DNA from: Heterodontus francisci | Taxonomy: Eukaryota | Assembly (NCBI RefSeq): GCF_036365525.1 | Contig: NC_090399.1 | Span: 15,189,558-15,253,557 of the forward strand | Length of the DNA stretch: 64,000 nt | Direction: 5' to 3' | Translations under genes and position numbers: made by a program | In this document: one piece after another, positions 51,012 to 62,579 of the stretch | How the letters are laid out: every line of letters begins with the position of its first letter | Position numbering within the stretch: the first letter of the stretch is position 1 | The notes under the pieces: generated by a model | Told to the model about the DNA's origin: nothing | Seen by the model: the letters and a program-made list of their open reading frames with translations, nothing else | The model's database searches: none

Positions 51012-54000
51012 CTAATAATTATCAGAATCAGATTTAAAACAGATATAATTAACAATGCATGCAAATACATGTGCATGTTTGTAGCGTCCTTAAATTAGAA
51101 AAAAACAGTTCCATGGCATTTGAATGATGTGTAGTCAGATAATAAAACAACGCAAATGTTGGAGAATCAGTCTGGCAGCATAAGGAGCGGTGCTGATTAG
51201 TAGCGGTTCAGTAGAGCTCTCCGTTGCATACATAGTGATGTTATCGGCGAATCATAGACCAATAGAATTGTTACAGCACAGAAGGAGGTCATTGGGCCCA
51301 TCGTGTTCGTGTCGCCTCTCTGCAAGAGCAATTTACCTATTCCTAGTCTCACTATTTTCCCCGTATCACTTCATTTCTCCCCTTCAGATAATTATCCAAT
51401 TCCCTTTTGAAAGCCACGATTGAATCTGCCTTTACTACACTCTCAGGCGAATCCTAACCACTCGCTATGTAAAAAGTTTTTTTCCTCATGATATCTTTCG
51501 TACTTTTGCCATTCACCTTAAATCGGTGTCCTGTGGTTCTAGATCCTTCCTCTACTAGGAACAGTTTTTCCTGTCTAGTTTGTCCAGACCCCTCATGACT
51601 TTGAACACGTCTATCAAATCTAGGCTCAACCTTCTCTTCTATAAGGAGAATAGCCCCATGTTCTCCAATCTATCTTCGTACCTGAAGTCCCTCATGCCTG
51701 GAACCATTCCCATGAATCGTCACTGCACCCTCTTTCATGCCTTCACATCGTTCCGAAAGTGTGGCTTCCAGAATTGGACAATACTCCAGTTGAGGCTAGT
51801 AGGTGTCTTCTCAAGGTTCACCATAACCTCCTTGCTTATTTACTCTATGCATTTACTCTATGCAACTTCTTATAAAGCCCAGGATATCGTTTGCCTAATG
51901 AACCGCTTTCTCAACCTGCCCTGCCATCTTCAACGATTTGTGCAAATATCTTCTCAGGTCCATGTGTAGCTGCACCCACATTAGAATTGTACCCTTTATT
52001 GTATATTGCCTCTCCTCGTTCTTCCTCCCAAAATGAATCACTTTATATTTCTCCGCATTAAATTTCATCTTCCAGTTGTCTGCCCATTCTATCAGCCTCT
52101 CTGCGTCCTCCTGAAGACTATTTCTATGCTCCTTACATTTTACAATACTTCCACGTGTTGTTTCATATGCACATTTTGAAATTGTGCCTTGCAAACCCAA
52201 GTCCATCTCATTAATTTAGATGAAGAAAATCAGGGGTCCCAATACCAATCCTCGGGCAGCTCCACTATACACCTTGCTCCACTCTGAAAAGCAACCATTC
52301 ATCACTACTCTCTGTTTCCTGTCACTTAGCCAGCTCCATTTCCATGCTACCATTGTTCCTCTTATTTCATGGCCTTTAGCTTTGCTGACAAGCCTGTTAT
52401 GTGGTGCTTAATCAAATGCCTTTTGGAAGTCTATGTACACCACAACAACTGCATGACCTCCTTCAGCCCTCTCTGTTACCTCATCAAAAAACCCAATCAA
52501 GTTAGTTAAATGCGATTTGCCCTTAACAAATCCATGCTGAATTTCCTTAATTAACCTGCCTTTGCTGAAGTCCTATATCTCTCTTTTTATTAATCTTTAG
52601 CACATCCTGTGTCTCAACTACCTCCTATTTCACTATGACGTGGGCAGCATCAAAATAATACAATTACGAACGAGGCTGAGTATAGGATGTTCACAGTGCA
52701 TGTTAAAAAAGAAATGAGAAACAAAGAGGCAGTATGAGAAGAGACTGACAACGAACATAAAAGGGAATCCAAAAGCCTTCTATAGGCATATAAATAGTAA
52801 AAGAGTGGTAAAAGGAGGAGTGGGGCTGATTAGGCAACAAAACGGAGATTTGCACATGGAGGCAGATGCAACGTATTTATTTAGTACCTCAACCATGCCC
52901 TCTGCCTCCATGTGCAAATCTCCGTTTTGTTGCCTAATCAGCCCCACTCCTCCTTTTACCACTCTTTTACTATTTATATGCCTATAGAAGGCTTTTGGAT
53001 TCCCTTTTATGTTCGTTGTCAGTCTCTTCTCATACTGCCTCTTTGTTTCTCATTTCTTTTTTAACATGCACTGTGAACATCCTATACTCAGCCTCGTTCG
53101 TAATTGTATTATTTTACTCTCTATCACTTTTGTCATCCAGGTAGCTCTGGCGTTGTATTTTTTATCTTTCCAGAGAATGGGAATGTAGTTCGACTGTGCC
53201 GGAACAATCACCTCTTTAAAGGCAGCCCATTGTTCAGTTACAGTTTTGCCTACCAATCTTTGATTATAATTTACCTGGGCCAGGTCCATGCTCACCTATT
53301 GAAATTGGCCATCCTCCAATTAATTATTTTTACACTGGATTGCTCCTTGTTCTTTTCCATTGCTTACCAATACTTTATGGTACTATGATCACTGTTTACT
53401 AAATGTTCCTTAACTGACACTTGACCCCTCTTATTCCCTAGAACCAGATCCAAAAAATGCCTCATTCCTCATTGGACTTGAAACATATTGATCTGGAAAA
53501 CATTCCTGAACACATTTCAGAAAATTTTCTCTCTCACTGGCATTACACTATTACTATCGCAGTCTATATTCAGATAAAATCCCACATTGTAATTGCTCTG
53601 TAGTTTTTGTACCTCTCTGCAATTTATTTGCAAATCTGTTCCTCTATATCTTTCCCACTAGTTGGTGACCTGTAGAATACACCCACCTGTGTAATTGTAT
53701 CTTTATTGTTTCTTAGCTCTAACGAAATAGATTCTCTCCTTGATCTCTCCAGGACATTTCTCTCAATCAATAGTGCCAACCTTCCTCCTTTCTTTCCTTC
53801 CATATCTTTGCTGAACACTTTTTCCAGGAATATTTAGTACCTAATCATGCCTTTTTGTGAGCCAGATTTCTGTTAGCGCCACAAAATCATATTTCCACTG
53901 GACTATCTGCACCTGTAGCTCACCACCTTTATTTACCACACTCCATGTGTTCACATTCACGCACAGTAAAACTAATTTAGCCCTTAGTTAATTCACTGTT

Positions 54001-57000
54001 GCTCTGACATCACTGCCTTACTATTTTTACTCTAATACTGTCTGTGTCTCGCAATTCTTTGTGCACCTTAGTTTTCCCCTGTAATGTTATCTCCTGGTTG
54101 ACAGTCCCCTGCCAAGTTAGCTTAAAACCTCCCAAAAGCACTAGCAAACCGCCACGCAAGGACATTGGTTGAATGCATGGCTTCGATTATGCCAACAAGG
54201 AGAAGCATGTAGATGAGGGAGCAGGAGATGGATCCTTTACAGACTTCTGGGCTAACGGTTGTGGGTAGAAAGAGTCGCCATTGCTAGAGAGGTCCTGGTT
54301 AAAATTAGATGAGTATAATACAGCCAAGTAACAGCAGTCCGAGAGAGCTTAAGAACAGAGAAGAGATGTTGGAGAAAGGATCCTGTGATAGACGTGTCAA
54401 AGTTTACGGGGAGAAGAAATAACATATCATAGTCACAGGAGCAGAGAGTGCCACACGTGATGTTGATCAGGTTCGTTTTGTATTGTGGTAGAGGCAGAAA
54501 ACTGATTTGAGAGGAGATGGGTTCAGGTCTGGGAGGCGACAGCACGTTAAGGGCCTTGGTGAGGAAAGGATGGTTGAAGATAGGACATTAGCTCGAAAGT
54601 GAAGAAAGGTCAAAGATGCACTGCAGCAAATCGCTAAGGCTTCTTCCACAGCACCTCCTAAACTCGCTTCCTCTATCACCTAGAAGAACAAGGACAACAG
54701 GCGCAGGGAAACACCACCATCTTTAAAATCTGCTCCAAGCAACACATCATTCTGACTTAGAAATATATCGCTGTTCCTTCATCATTTCTGGTGCAAAAGG
54801 CAAGAACTCACTGCCCAACAGCACTGTAGATGCACGTGTACACGGACTGCAGCGGTTCATGGATGTCCCTCAGCACCACCTGCTCAAGGGCAACTCGGAG
54901 TGGGCAATAAATAGCGGCCTGGGAAGAGATGCCCATATCCTGTGAATGAATAAATAAAGTTACGAGATCTTGACAGAGGGATAATGGCAACAACTTTGAA
55001 AGGTAGGGAGACAATCCCTGCTTAAATTTAACTATTTAAAATATCGGCTAAAAATAGTGCCAGGAGGAGACGTTGGATGATCGGGAATTTAGTGGGAATT
55101 GAGGGTAGGAGATCAGGAAGTAAGTCTCATGGATTAAACTAATTTGGAAGGGGTGTGGGCAAAAGGGCAGATGCTAATGTAAGGCCAGGTGTCAGGGCAA
55201 TAATGAAGGCAGGACTGGGAAAGATATGGCTGAGTACATAAAGGGAAGATGGAGGCAGCGAAGTAGCTGAACAGATGGTCTCTACCTTCGGTAGAATGAA
55301 TTCCATGAGTTCCTCGCACTTGTTTTTAGAGATGAGAGCGGAAGTGGTGGGGTAAGCTATTTAAGGAGACCGCAATTATTGTTACCTTCCAGAATGATTC
55401 TAGAATAGTGGATTGTTTCTGCAGAAGTAAGTGGAGCCCGGAAGAGTTTAATGCGGCAAGCCACATCTAGGAGTAAATTGCTAATCTGGTTTCTGCCCAG
55501 TTCCATCATCTTTGTTCCCCCCTTAGATTTAAGGAAGCTTGGGGGTCATACCAGAGAGATCCACTGGAATAAGAAATTGAGAGGTTTGTATTGGGAAGAA
55601 GGGCACCAAATGCAAATCGCCTTTTTTTTCAGATTAGTGTTTCATGAAATTACCATATGGGCAACACGGCTAAACTATTAGTAGAGAAATTGTTTGTGAC
55701 AAAAAGAGAAAAGACACCACATTAATGTTACACCACCATTCTCCAATGATAAATGCAATGTTGAGTTCATTAGGATGACAGACATTAACGCTATCCAATC
55801 GAATATATTACCTCAATAACAATCCATTGCAGAATCCAATATTTCCGAGTCAGCTACATTATTACAGTCTGCAAGGTGAATTTTCCTCTACTCTGTATGA
55901 ACAACACCCTTACACAAAAAGCTCAGAAGCGGGATCCTACTGTCCAAGTCCATTTATTTATTCTGGTAGCTTATGACCTGTGCAATTGAGATTACCAATT
56001 CAATACAAATTGTACTTTTTGGGGTGGTTTCGAAATTGTGAGTCAACGTTTATTGGAAGGTTGTGAACCTAACAATCAACAGAGAGAGAGGAGTCTTTCA
56101 GCCTATCAGTCTGGGCAAAAGTTAATTTAGGCCATAACGTGGGCGCAGCATGTCTCTTGAAGAATTATTCTTGATTATCATTACGTTTTGTTTCATTTTC
56201 TGGCAATTATAAGCACTTCCCTTATTTTGCTAAAACATTCGTAACAGCGATAAAGCATCACAAGCAGATCGAGTATATTGAAAATACGTAGAAAACTGAA
56301 TAATTCCATCGTTGGAGATAATGGGTAGCGAATTACTGAAGCCTCATTGTTCACTGGAATTATCTATCATTGCACATACCAAACATCTGAATATTGAACA
56401 GCAGCAAGTGCAAACATGAACAGTCCGTTAACACCTTTTCTGTACTAATGCTTTGTCTTTCAACACACCATTAACATATTGTTTGCCTTTTCTCCATGAC
56501 CTTTTGGTCAGCTATGTGGCCTTGTCCAATCTGCACCTTCTCCTTTGTTATCTCTTGCCCCACCCCCGGCTCACTTACTTATAACCTGTGACATTTTTAA
56601 TATTTGTCAGTTTCGAAGAAGGGTCACTGACCCGAAATGTTAACTCTGCTTCTCTTTCTACAGATGCTGCCAGACCTGCTGAGTGGTTCCAGCATTTCTT
56701 GTTTTTATTTCAGATTTCCAGCATCCGCAGTATTTTGCTTTTAAAATAATGTGTAACTATTTTTATATGTAGTTTGTTTCCATTAACCAGCAATAATAAT
56801 CAATGTAGAATGCATCAATTGAAGGCAATTACATCTCGCGTACCATATATTGTACTGGTTCCACTGCGATTTCTGTAATGAGAGGTGATATTTGAAATTA
56901 AAAATGACGGACATTATGTTCTGAATAATTATTAATTCCGTAAGATTTGACATTTCCTGTAACTTTTCAGCCTCGGGATACCTGAAAGAAAAATAATACA

Positions 57001-60000
57001 GGTTTAATATTATTGTTTTAAGGTAATTACTTCCTGTTTGCTACCAAAAAAAAGTAAAATTGGCCTTTAGCACACCAACACATGAATCGATAGGCCGTGC
57101 AGTGATTCTGATCACTATATGTACCGGCATTATAATGAATAGATGGACATTTCCTCCGATTATTATTTCTAATGAGGTCCTAAGTATGTTCTAAAATAAT
57201 TGTTCATACTAAACGCGTTTCTGATTGCACTAAAAATGCTGACTAGCTCCAGAAAAGCATTAACTATACTGCTCCTCACCGTGGCCAGAGAAATTGTCCC
57301 ACATTATAACGAAAGCGCAATAGTTAAACAGGAATCAACCTGTTTCATAGAGATACAGACCTTTGTTTTGCCTGATCAGTCGACATCTAAGAATCGTTGT
57401 GTTTATACCCAGCAACATGAACGCACCTCCCAGTGCAAGTATCAGGTTCATATTGGCGTTCTTTCCTTGCTGCATTCTTCCTGAAATAATGAGTTGAAGA
57501 CAATAGTTGTATGTTTTAATATGATTTTGCTCGCATTAAAACAAAGAGCACGGTTGTAAAAAAAAGTCTTGCATTTCTATAGCGCCTTTTACGGCCTAAG
57601 GAAGTCCCAAAGCGCTTCACAGCCGATGAAGTTCTCGTGAACTGTATGCACTGTTGTAGGAAACGCAGCAGCCAATATGCGAACAGCAAGGTCCCACAAA
57701 CAGCAATGTGACAATGACCAGATCTTTTTATTTTAATGATGCTGATTGAGAGATAAATATTGACCAGGACTCGGAGAATACCTTCGCTGCACTTCACCGA
57801 AATAGGGTCATGGGATCATTTACTTGAGTGTCGAGAAGGGGACTTGGATTCAGGTTTCATCCAAAAGACGGCACCTCCGACAGTGCAGCACTTCCTCACA
57901 CTGCACGGGAAAGTCAGCATGGATTTTTGGGCTCCAGTCACTGGAATGGCACCATACTGAACAAAATAGCAAAGCGGAAACGGAATGTTCCTACTCTCAT
58001 GCGATGCTATTAGCACTTCAGTGACAATACAAGCAAAATCTAGAAAGCCTCCCCCTACTTCTATCAAATGTCGCTGTGCTCTCCCTAAGGTATTGCCTCT
58101 CCATGGTCTTTGGCGCCACCATGAGCTTGCAGATGGTGATTTTTTAACATTGAGCCCAGCGGATCTGCTTGTCGACTTGACTCTAAGCAGCATCACAACC
58201 TAACCCAGCCTGGTCAACATTGAACGTGGGCGAGGACGCCACGCGACACGGGCGGTATTGCATCGTACCTGTTATACACCGCGGTTTCGCTTCCTTTGAC
58301 TTCAATGGGACGTGAATTAAATTCACATCAATAAAACGGAATATCCGGCGTGTTGTATGACGGGCTGCAGGTGCGATTTAGTATGTTTTGCGCCTGCAGC
58401 TGTGTCCAATTTCAACCCCGCACCCTGCTACCCCCCCCCCCACCCCCACCCCCAGCCCCAGCCCCAGCCCCACCCCTAGATGTACACATAAATATAAATA
58501 TATTCCATTGCACAACATGCAAGATTTGAGAATGTCTGAAGGTGCTTCTCTGAACGATTTCCCTGTCCCTGGTGTCCAGTGAGCTGTGTCGATCGGGGGT
58601 AGATTTCTTTTTAAAGACCACAGCACAGTTCAGTGTCACCGGCTCCCCCTCAGCTGCAGTTAGAAAGGGAGGGAACTGGAAAACGGTGACATTCATCTTC
58701 TCACCTGCTGAATGGAAACACTGTAACTTTAAAGGTGATTTCCCCGCCCCTGGTGCCCAGATTCCTGCGGCCAATTGTCCTCTGGTCAGTTAATATATCG
58801 CAGTTTCCAAATTGACACAAGGACCTTTCTGGCCTGTGACAATCGAGTACGGCTATAAAATTAGAACACCTGCTTAATAAATGATTATTCTAAGTTTCAA
58901 CTTACGCCTCACTTCTAGTTGGGTGCCATTTCCATCTCTCACTCCTACTTTAAACAGGCGGACCCGACAGTAATAGGTGTCTGCGTCTTTTTCAGTCAAG
59001 TCGGAGATTTTGATGAATATTCTGTTGTTGGTAAATGAATCACTGTCTGATTCCTCCAGCCGACCTTCATAAAATGGATTCTTGTCCAGTTTGTACCCAT
59101 CCGGTTTACCCCGTGTCCAGTGAGCTGTGCCGATCAGGGATAGGTTTCCTCCAAAGTCCACAGCACAGTTCAGTGTCACCGACTCCCCCTCAGCTGCAGT
59201 TCGAAAGGGAGGGAACGGGAAAACGGTGACATTTATCTTCCCACCTGCTGAATGGAAACACTGCAACTTTAAATGTGATAAGTAGAAAACGTCATGCCTC
59301 TCTAACGCTGCCCGACAATTTTCGTTGGAAAAGGTAATTATCATTTTACATTAGATAGATACAGAGATCAAAAGTACAACAGCGGTCACTGAAAACGTGA
59401 AGCACATTATACATACACAGGAAGTGCTAAAATATCTAGCAAATCAGTCAGGCTCTGAAAGGGAAGGACAGGTTAGCGTTTGGTTGAGTTGCTCCGCCTT
59501 CTCGTCTGAACCAAGAGCTAAACTAATAAAATTCAAGTGTAGATCAATTACCTGTGATATTGAATTCTATGAAATTGATATTTTCATTATCCTCGTTCAT
59601 TCAACCACTGTTTTCTAATTCCAGTTGTTTTCTACCAATGTGGGACAATATAGAACTTGTTTTACATTTCGCCTTAGGCGTTCCTCACTTTACAAGGAAC
59701 TACAGCAACATTTGTAAAATGGTGCGAATTTGAAAGAAGTTCTGTGATGATATGCCGATATGTAAACACATAGTCAGCCACTTATTTGGTTCTGGCCATG
59801 GTTTCATTTACATCGCGTGAAATCTGACACGTAAAAAGAAGTTTAAAGTCGTACATGTTCCTTCTATATATTGGCGAAAGGAAGTGTAGATGTCCTTTAT
59901 TTCAATTAAGGTGTTCACTCATTTATACCGGACATGTGACTGCGTTCAGTAAAATTGAAGACAGATGTTAATACCATATCAGCAATCGCACCCTCTCCTT

Positions 60001-61698
60001 ACATTGCGCTTATTGCTACGGCCACGTCTCACTCCACATGCGTAGCTCACTGAAAGCTAATGGATGGGGACACAAGATAATGAAAGAGACTAATGGAATG
60101 TTAGTCTCAAGGGTATCAGTCCTCATCTGGAGTAATACTGGCTATCAGGTATCAGGAAGGATCTGTTGGCCTTGAAGGTTGTGTAGTACAGATTCACATA
60201 AAATGATACCTGGGCTGTGAGGATTAAATTATGATGAGTGATTGTTTCAACGTGTCTGCTATTCCCTTGAGTTTAAATGATGGAGCGGTTTAAAATGTTA
60301 AAAAGGGCACGATGGGGTAGATCCAGTGAAACTACTTCCTCTGATGGAGAATCCAGAACAAGGGGGCACGATGTTAAAATTAAAGCGAGGCCATTAAGGA
60401 CATAAATCAGGAAGCAGTTTTTTCACTGGTCATCTTTTAATTGCTAGTGGGATGATTTTCTCCGCTTTATCTCTGGTCACATTGTAATACAAATGCGTCA
60501 TGTGTTCCAATGTTTCTGGCAAAAAGTCTATCTCAGCAGATCTATAGTTTCATCAGAAGTTCTAATGAAAAAAGTCACTATGTGTGAGAAAGACAGATGC
60601 ACAGATAAACAGTGAGGTACTGAGAAATGGAATTGGAGAAGATACTAAGAAGTCGACGAGAGAATGAGGTTGAGTATCAGAGCGTGGCGTTGCGAAAGCG
60701 ACAGCAGAAGAGCAACAAAAAGACAGCGGGATGTAAAGGGTTAGGAAAAGAAAGGGGGAGAAGAAGGCGACAAGCAGCGGAACAACTCCAGGATTTACTA
60801 CTGCTATATCGGTTTAATTTTTGGGTAGGAACAACACGTAAGAAGAACTGTTTGTTCTGATAGTGGGAAGAGACCATTATTTGCATGCAGTACAATCGGA
60901 TTGGTAGAAAGATCCTGGTTTCGCCAGAACATTGTGTGCAAAATATAAAGGAAAAGAATGTTCAGTGATGATTGTACAGTGTTCAGTTCCAGGCTTGAGC
61001 TGATAATTGCAAATAACACAAGTGCCAGCAACACTCACATCCTGTGAATGGATTAAAAACAAACAATTATGCGTTTATAACTCGAATAAATGGTGAGTTC
61101 CTAAAGCGCCCCATCTCATCGTCGACTTAAACAAACTTGCTTCATAATTTTTTGGGAGTACAGCCACTACTGTTATAAAATCAAGCGCAGCAGTCAAATT
61201 TCTGTCAGGAACATCCCACAATCGTCTGAAACCTAACAAAGAGTTCCGCCTGGAATTTCTGCTCATTCCATCGACCGGCCGTAACTTCGGAGGAAGATCG
61301 GTAAAAGAAACAGCAGCCACTCTTCCACCCAAGTTACACGGGTGATCGGGAGAATCTCGCGGAAATGTTGTGTTCAAGTCTCTAACACATTGTAGTCCTG
61401 TTTCGACGAGCCTGGTCAATTGCTCAGCACAGTGACATCACTATTTCATAGTTAATGCACCAACTTTCTGTAAGCCGCAGTAAAAAAATGTTAACAGTTG
61501 GTACCCGTGAGCGTTTTTATGACTATTTCAAATAGTAAAATTACCGCTTAGAAATCAGAAATGTTTTCTTAAAAGCAAGTCTAGTTTCTGTGAAGGTTAC
61601 AATTTAAATTAATGCTGCTCGCTACCCTATCATAACTCACCCGTGTGTATTGCACAGAAAATCAATAACATTAAAGTGAGCTGTTGACTTATTAGCAT
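50883..61698 (-). CDS. NCR3: Gene B: ITIM-bearing NKp30/NCR3-like VJ-IgSF receptor, about 225 aa; predicted join 61641-61698,58906-59247,57361-57480,56844-56872,50883-51011
   Basis: Paralog of gene A; V domain differs at 18 of 114 aa (hand count); the chain is in frame (678 nt) if micro-exon 4 is skipped; ITIM LHYAEL. Confidence 0.7.
51260..54165 (-). mobile_element. Long decayed CR1 present only in copy 2 (last intron of gene B)
   Basis: GVFYRSP, EVLNKY and KFNAEKYKVIHFG remnants; paralog contiguous near 9500-9540. Confidence 0.85.
52652..53115. repeat. Perfect 215-bp inverted repeat with 34-bp spacer
   Basis: Arms 52652-52866 and 52901-53115; no mismatch seen. Confidence 0.95.
56390..56745 (+). 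mobile_element. Penelope pLTR insertion replacing the region of micro-exon 6
   Basis: Matches 42240-42585; flanks align to about 14507 and 14660 of copy 1. Confidence 0.85.
56844..56872 (-). CDS. Gene B micro-exon 5 (EIAVEPVQYM if exon 4 is skipped)
   Basis: AG/GT conserved with gene A exon 5. Confidence 0.5.
56963..56981 (-). pseudogene. Gene B micro-exon 4 with donor changed from GT to TT
   Basis: Paralog of 14885-14903; AAAAG|ttacag here versus AAAAG|gtacag in A. Confidence 0.55.
57361..57480 (-). CDS. Gene B exon 3, stalk plus uncharged TM (LILALGGAFMLLGINTTIL)
   Basis: Same splice sites and length as 15290-15409. Confidence 0.8.
58572..58739 (-). pseudogene. Truncated, frameshifted 5' half of a third V exon inside gene B intron 2
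   Basis: Encodes AGEKMNVTVFQFPPFLTAAEGEPVTLNCAVV then shifts frame; DNA homology ends near the Trp codon; acceptor retained. Confidence 0.9.
58906..59247 (-). CDS. Gene B exon 2, VJ-type Ig V-set domain
   Basis: Within ORF 58874..59344; canonical C, W, YYC and GNGTQLEV; 342 nt, phase 1-1. Confidence 0.95.
61641..61698 (-). CDS. Gene B exon 1, signal peptide MLISQQLTLMLLIFCAIHT
   Basis: End of ORF 61630..61839; donor G|gtgagt. Confidence 0.85.
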
Positions 61699-62579
61699 CT
61701 TCTGTGTATTTGTGAAGAGGTTGGAGACAATGTGCCCCGGGACCAGCAACGTTAGCGTGATCAGAGTATTTCGGACCAACCCACAAAGAGTGCGAATGGA
61801 ATTATTTGTGGTCTCCAGTTGACGACACAAGATACACACTTATTGTTGCACAGAATTAAAAGCTGTTCCACTTTGAAGCAGACCTTTTTTTAGACTTCAG
61901 GAGTTGTGTAAGAATGCAGTTTTGATGGTGTTTGACGAGAACACATCATAAGAAAGACAATGTTAAACGCACCAATAGTATTAGCCATGCTGCCATTTGC
62001 GCGGTTTTATATTTAGACTGTAGATTCCATGTCCCTAAATTGCATATTGCTCAGTGATCATGGTCTTGAAGTTGAATAAAGGGGACGAAAGCAGCCACTA
62101 GTTAGATTACAGACGTGACCCGAAGTTTCCATTCAGCTCATCGTGGGTCGGTGATTTCAGCACCGATGTTGCCGAGATAATGCTAATAGTTTCCTATTGG
62201 GGCCAGTTACCCCCATGTGCCAGCAGTTAACATCTACACAACAACCCAGCTCCTGTACAGGTTTGCAGAACTCTGGTAATTGTGTCAGCATCCTTGCCTC
62301 TAAATCAGGAGGTTGTGCGTTCCAGTTACACTTCAGCAGACTTAAGTACAAAAATCTGATGTTAATGCTGATTCACTGTCGGAGGTGCTGTCCGTCGGAC
62401 CAGCAATTAAATCGAGGCCCCGCCTGCCCCTCCTCAGGTGGACATTACAGATCCTACGGCACTAGTCTGAGCAAAGGAAGTGGCATGGTGCCCTAGCCAA
62501 TATTTATACCTCAAGCAAAAACAGCTGATGTGGTCATTACCGCATTGCTGTTTGCGAAAGCGTACTGTGCTCAAATTGT

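Noticed and set aside
52780-52987. Near-identical ORFs on opposite strands
   Set aside because: A consequence of the fold-back inverted repeat in a dead CR1
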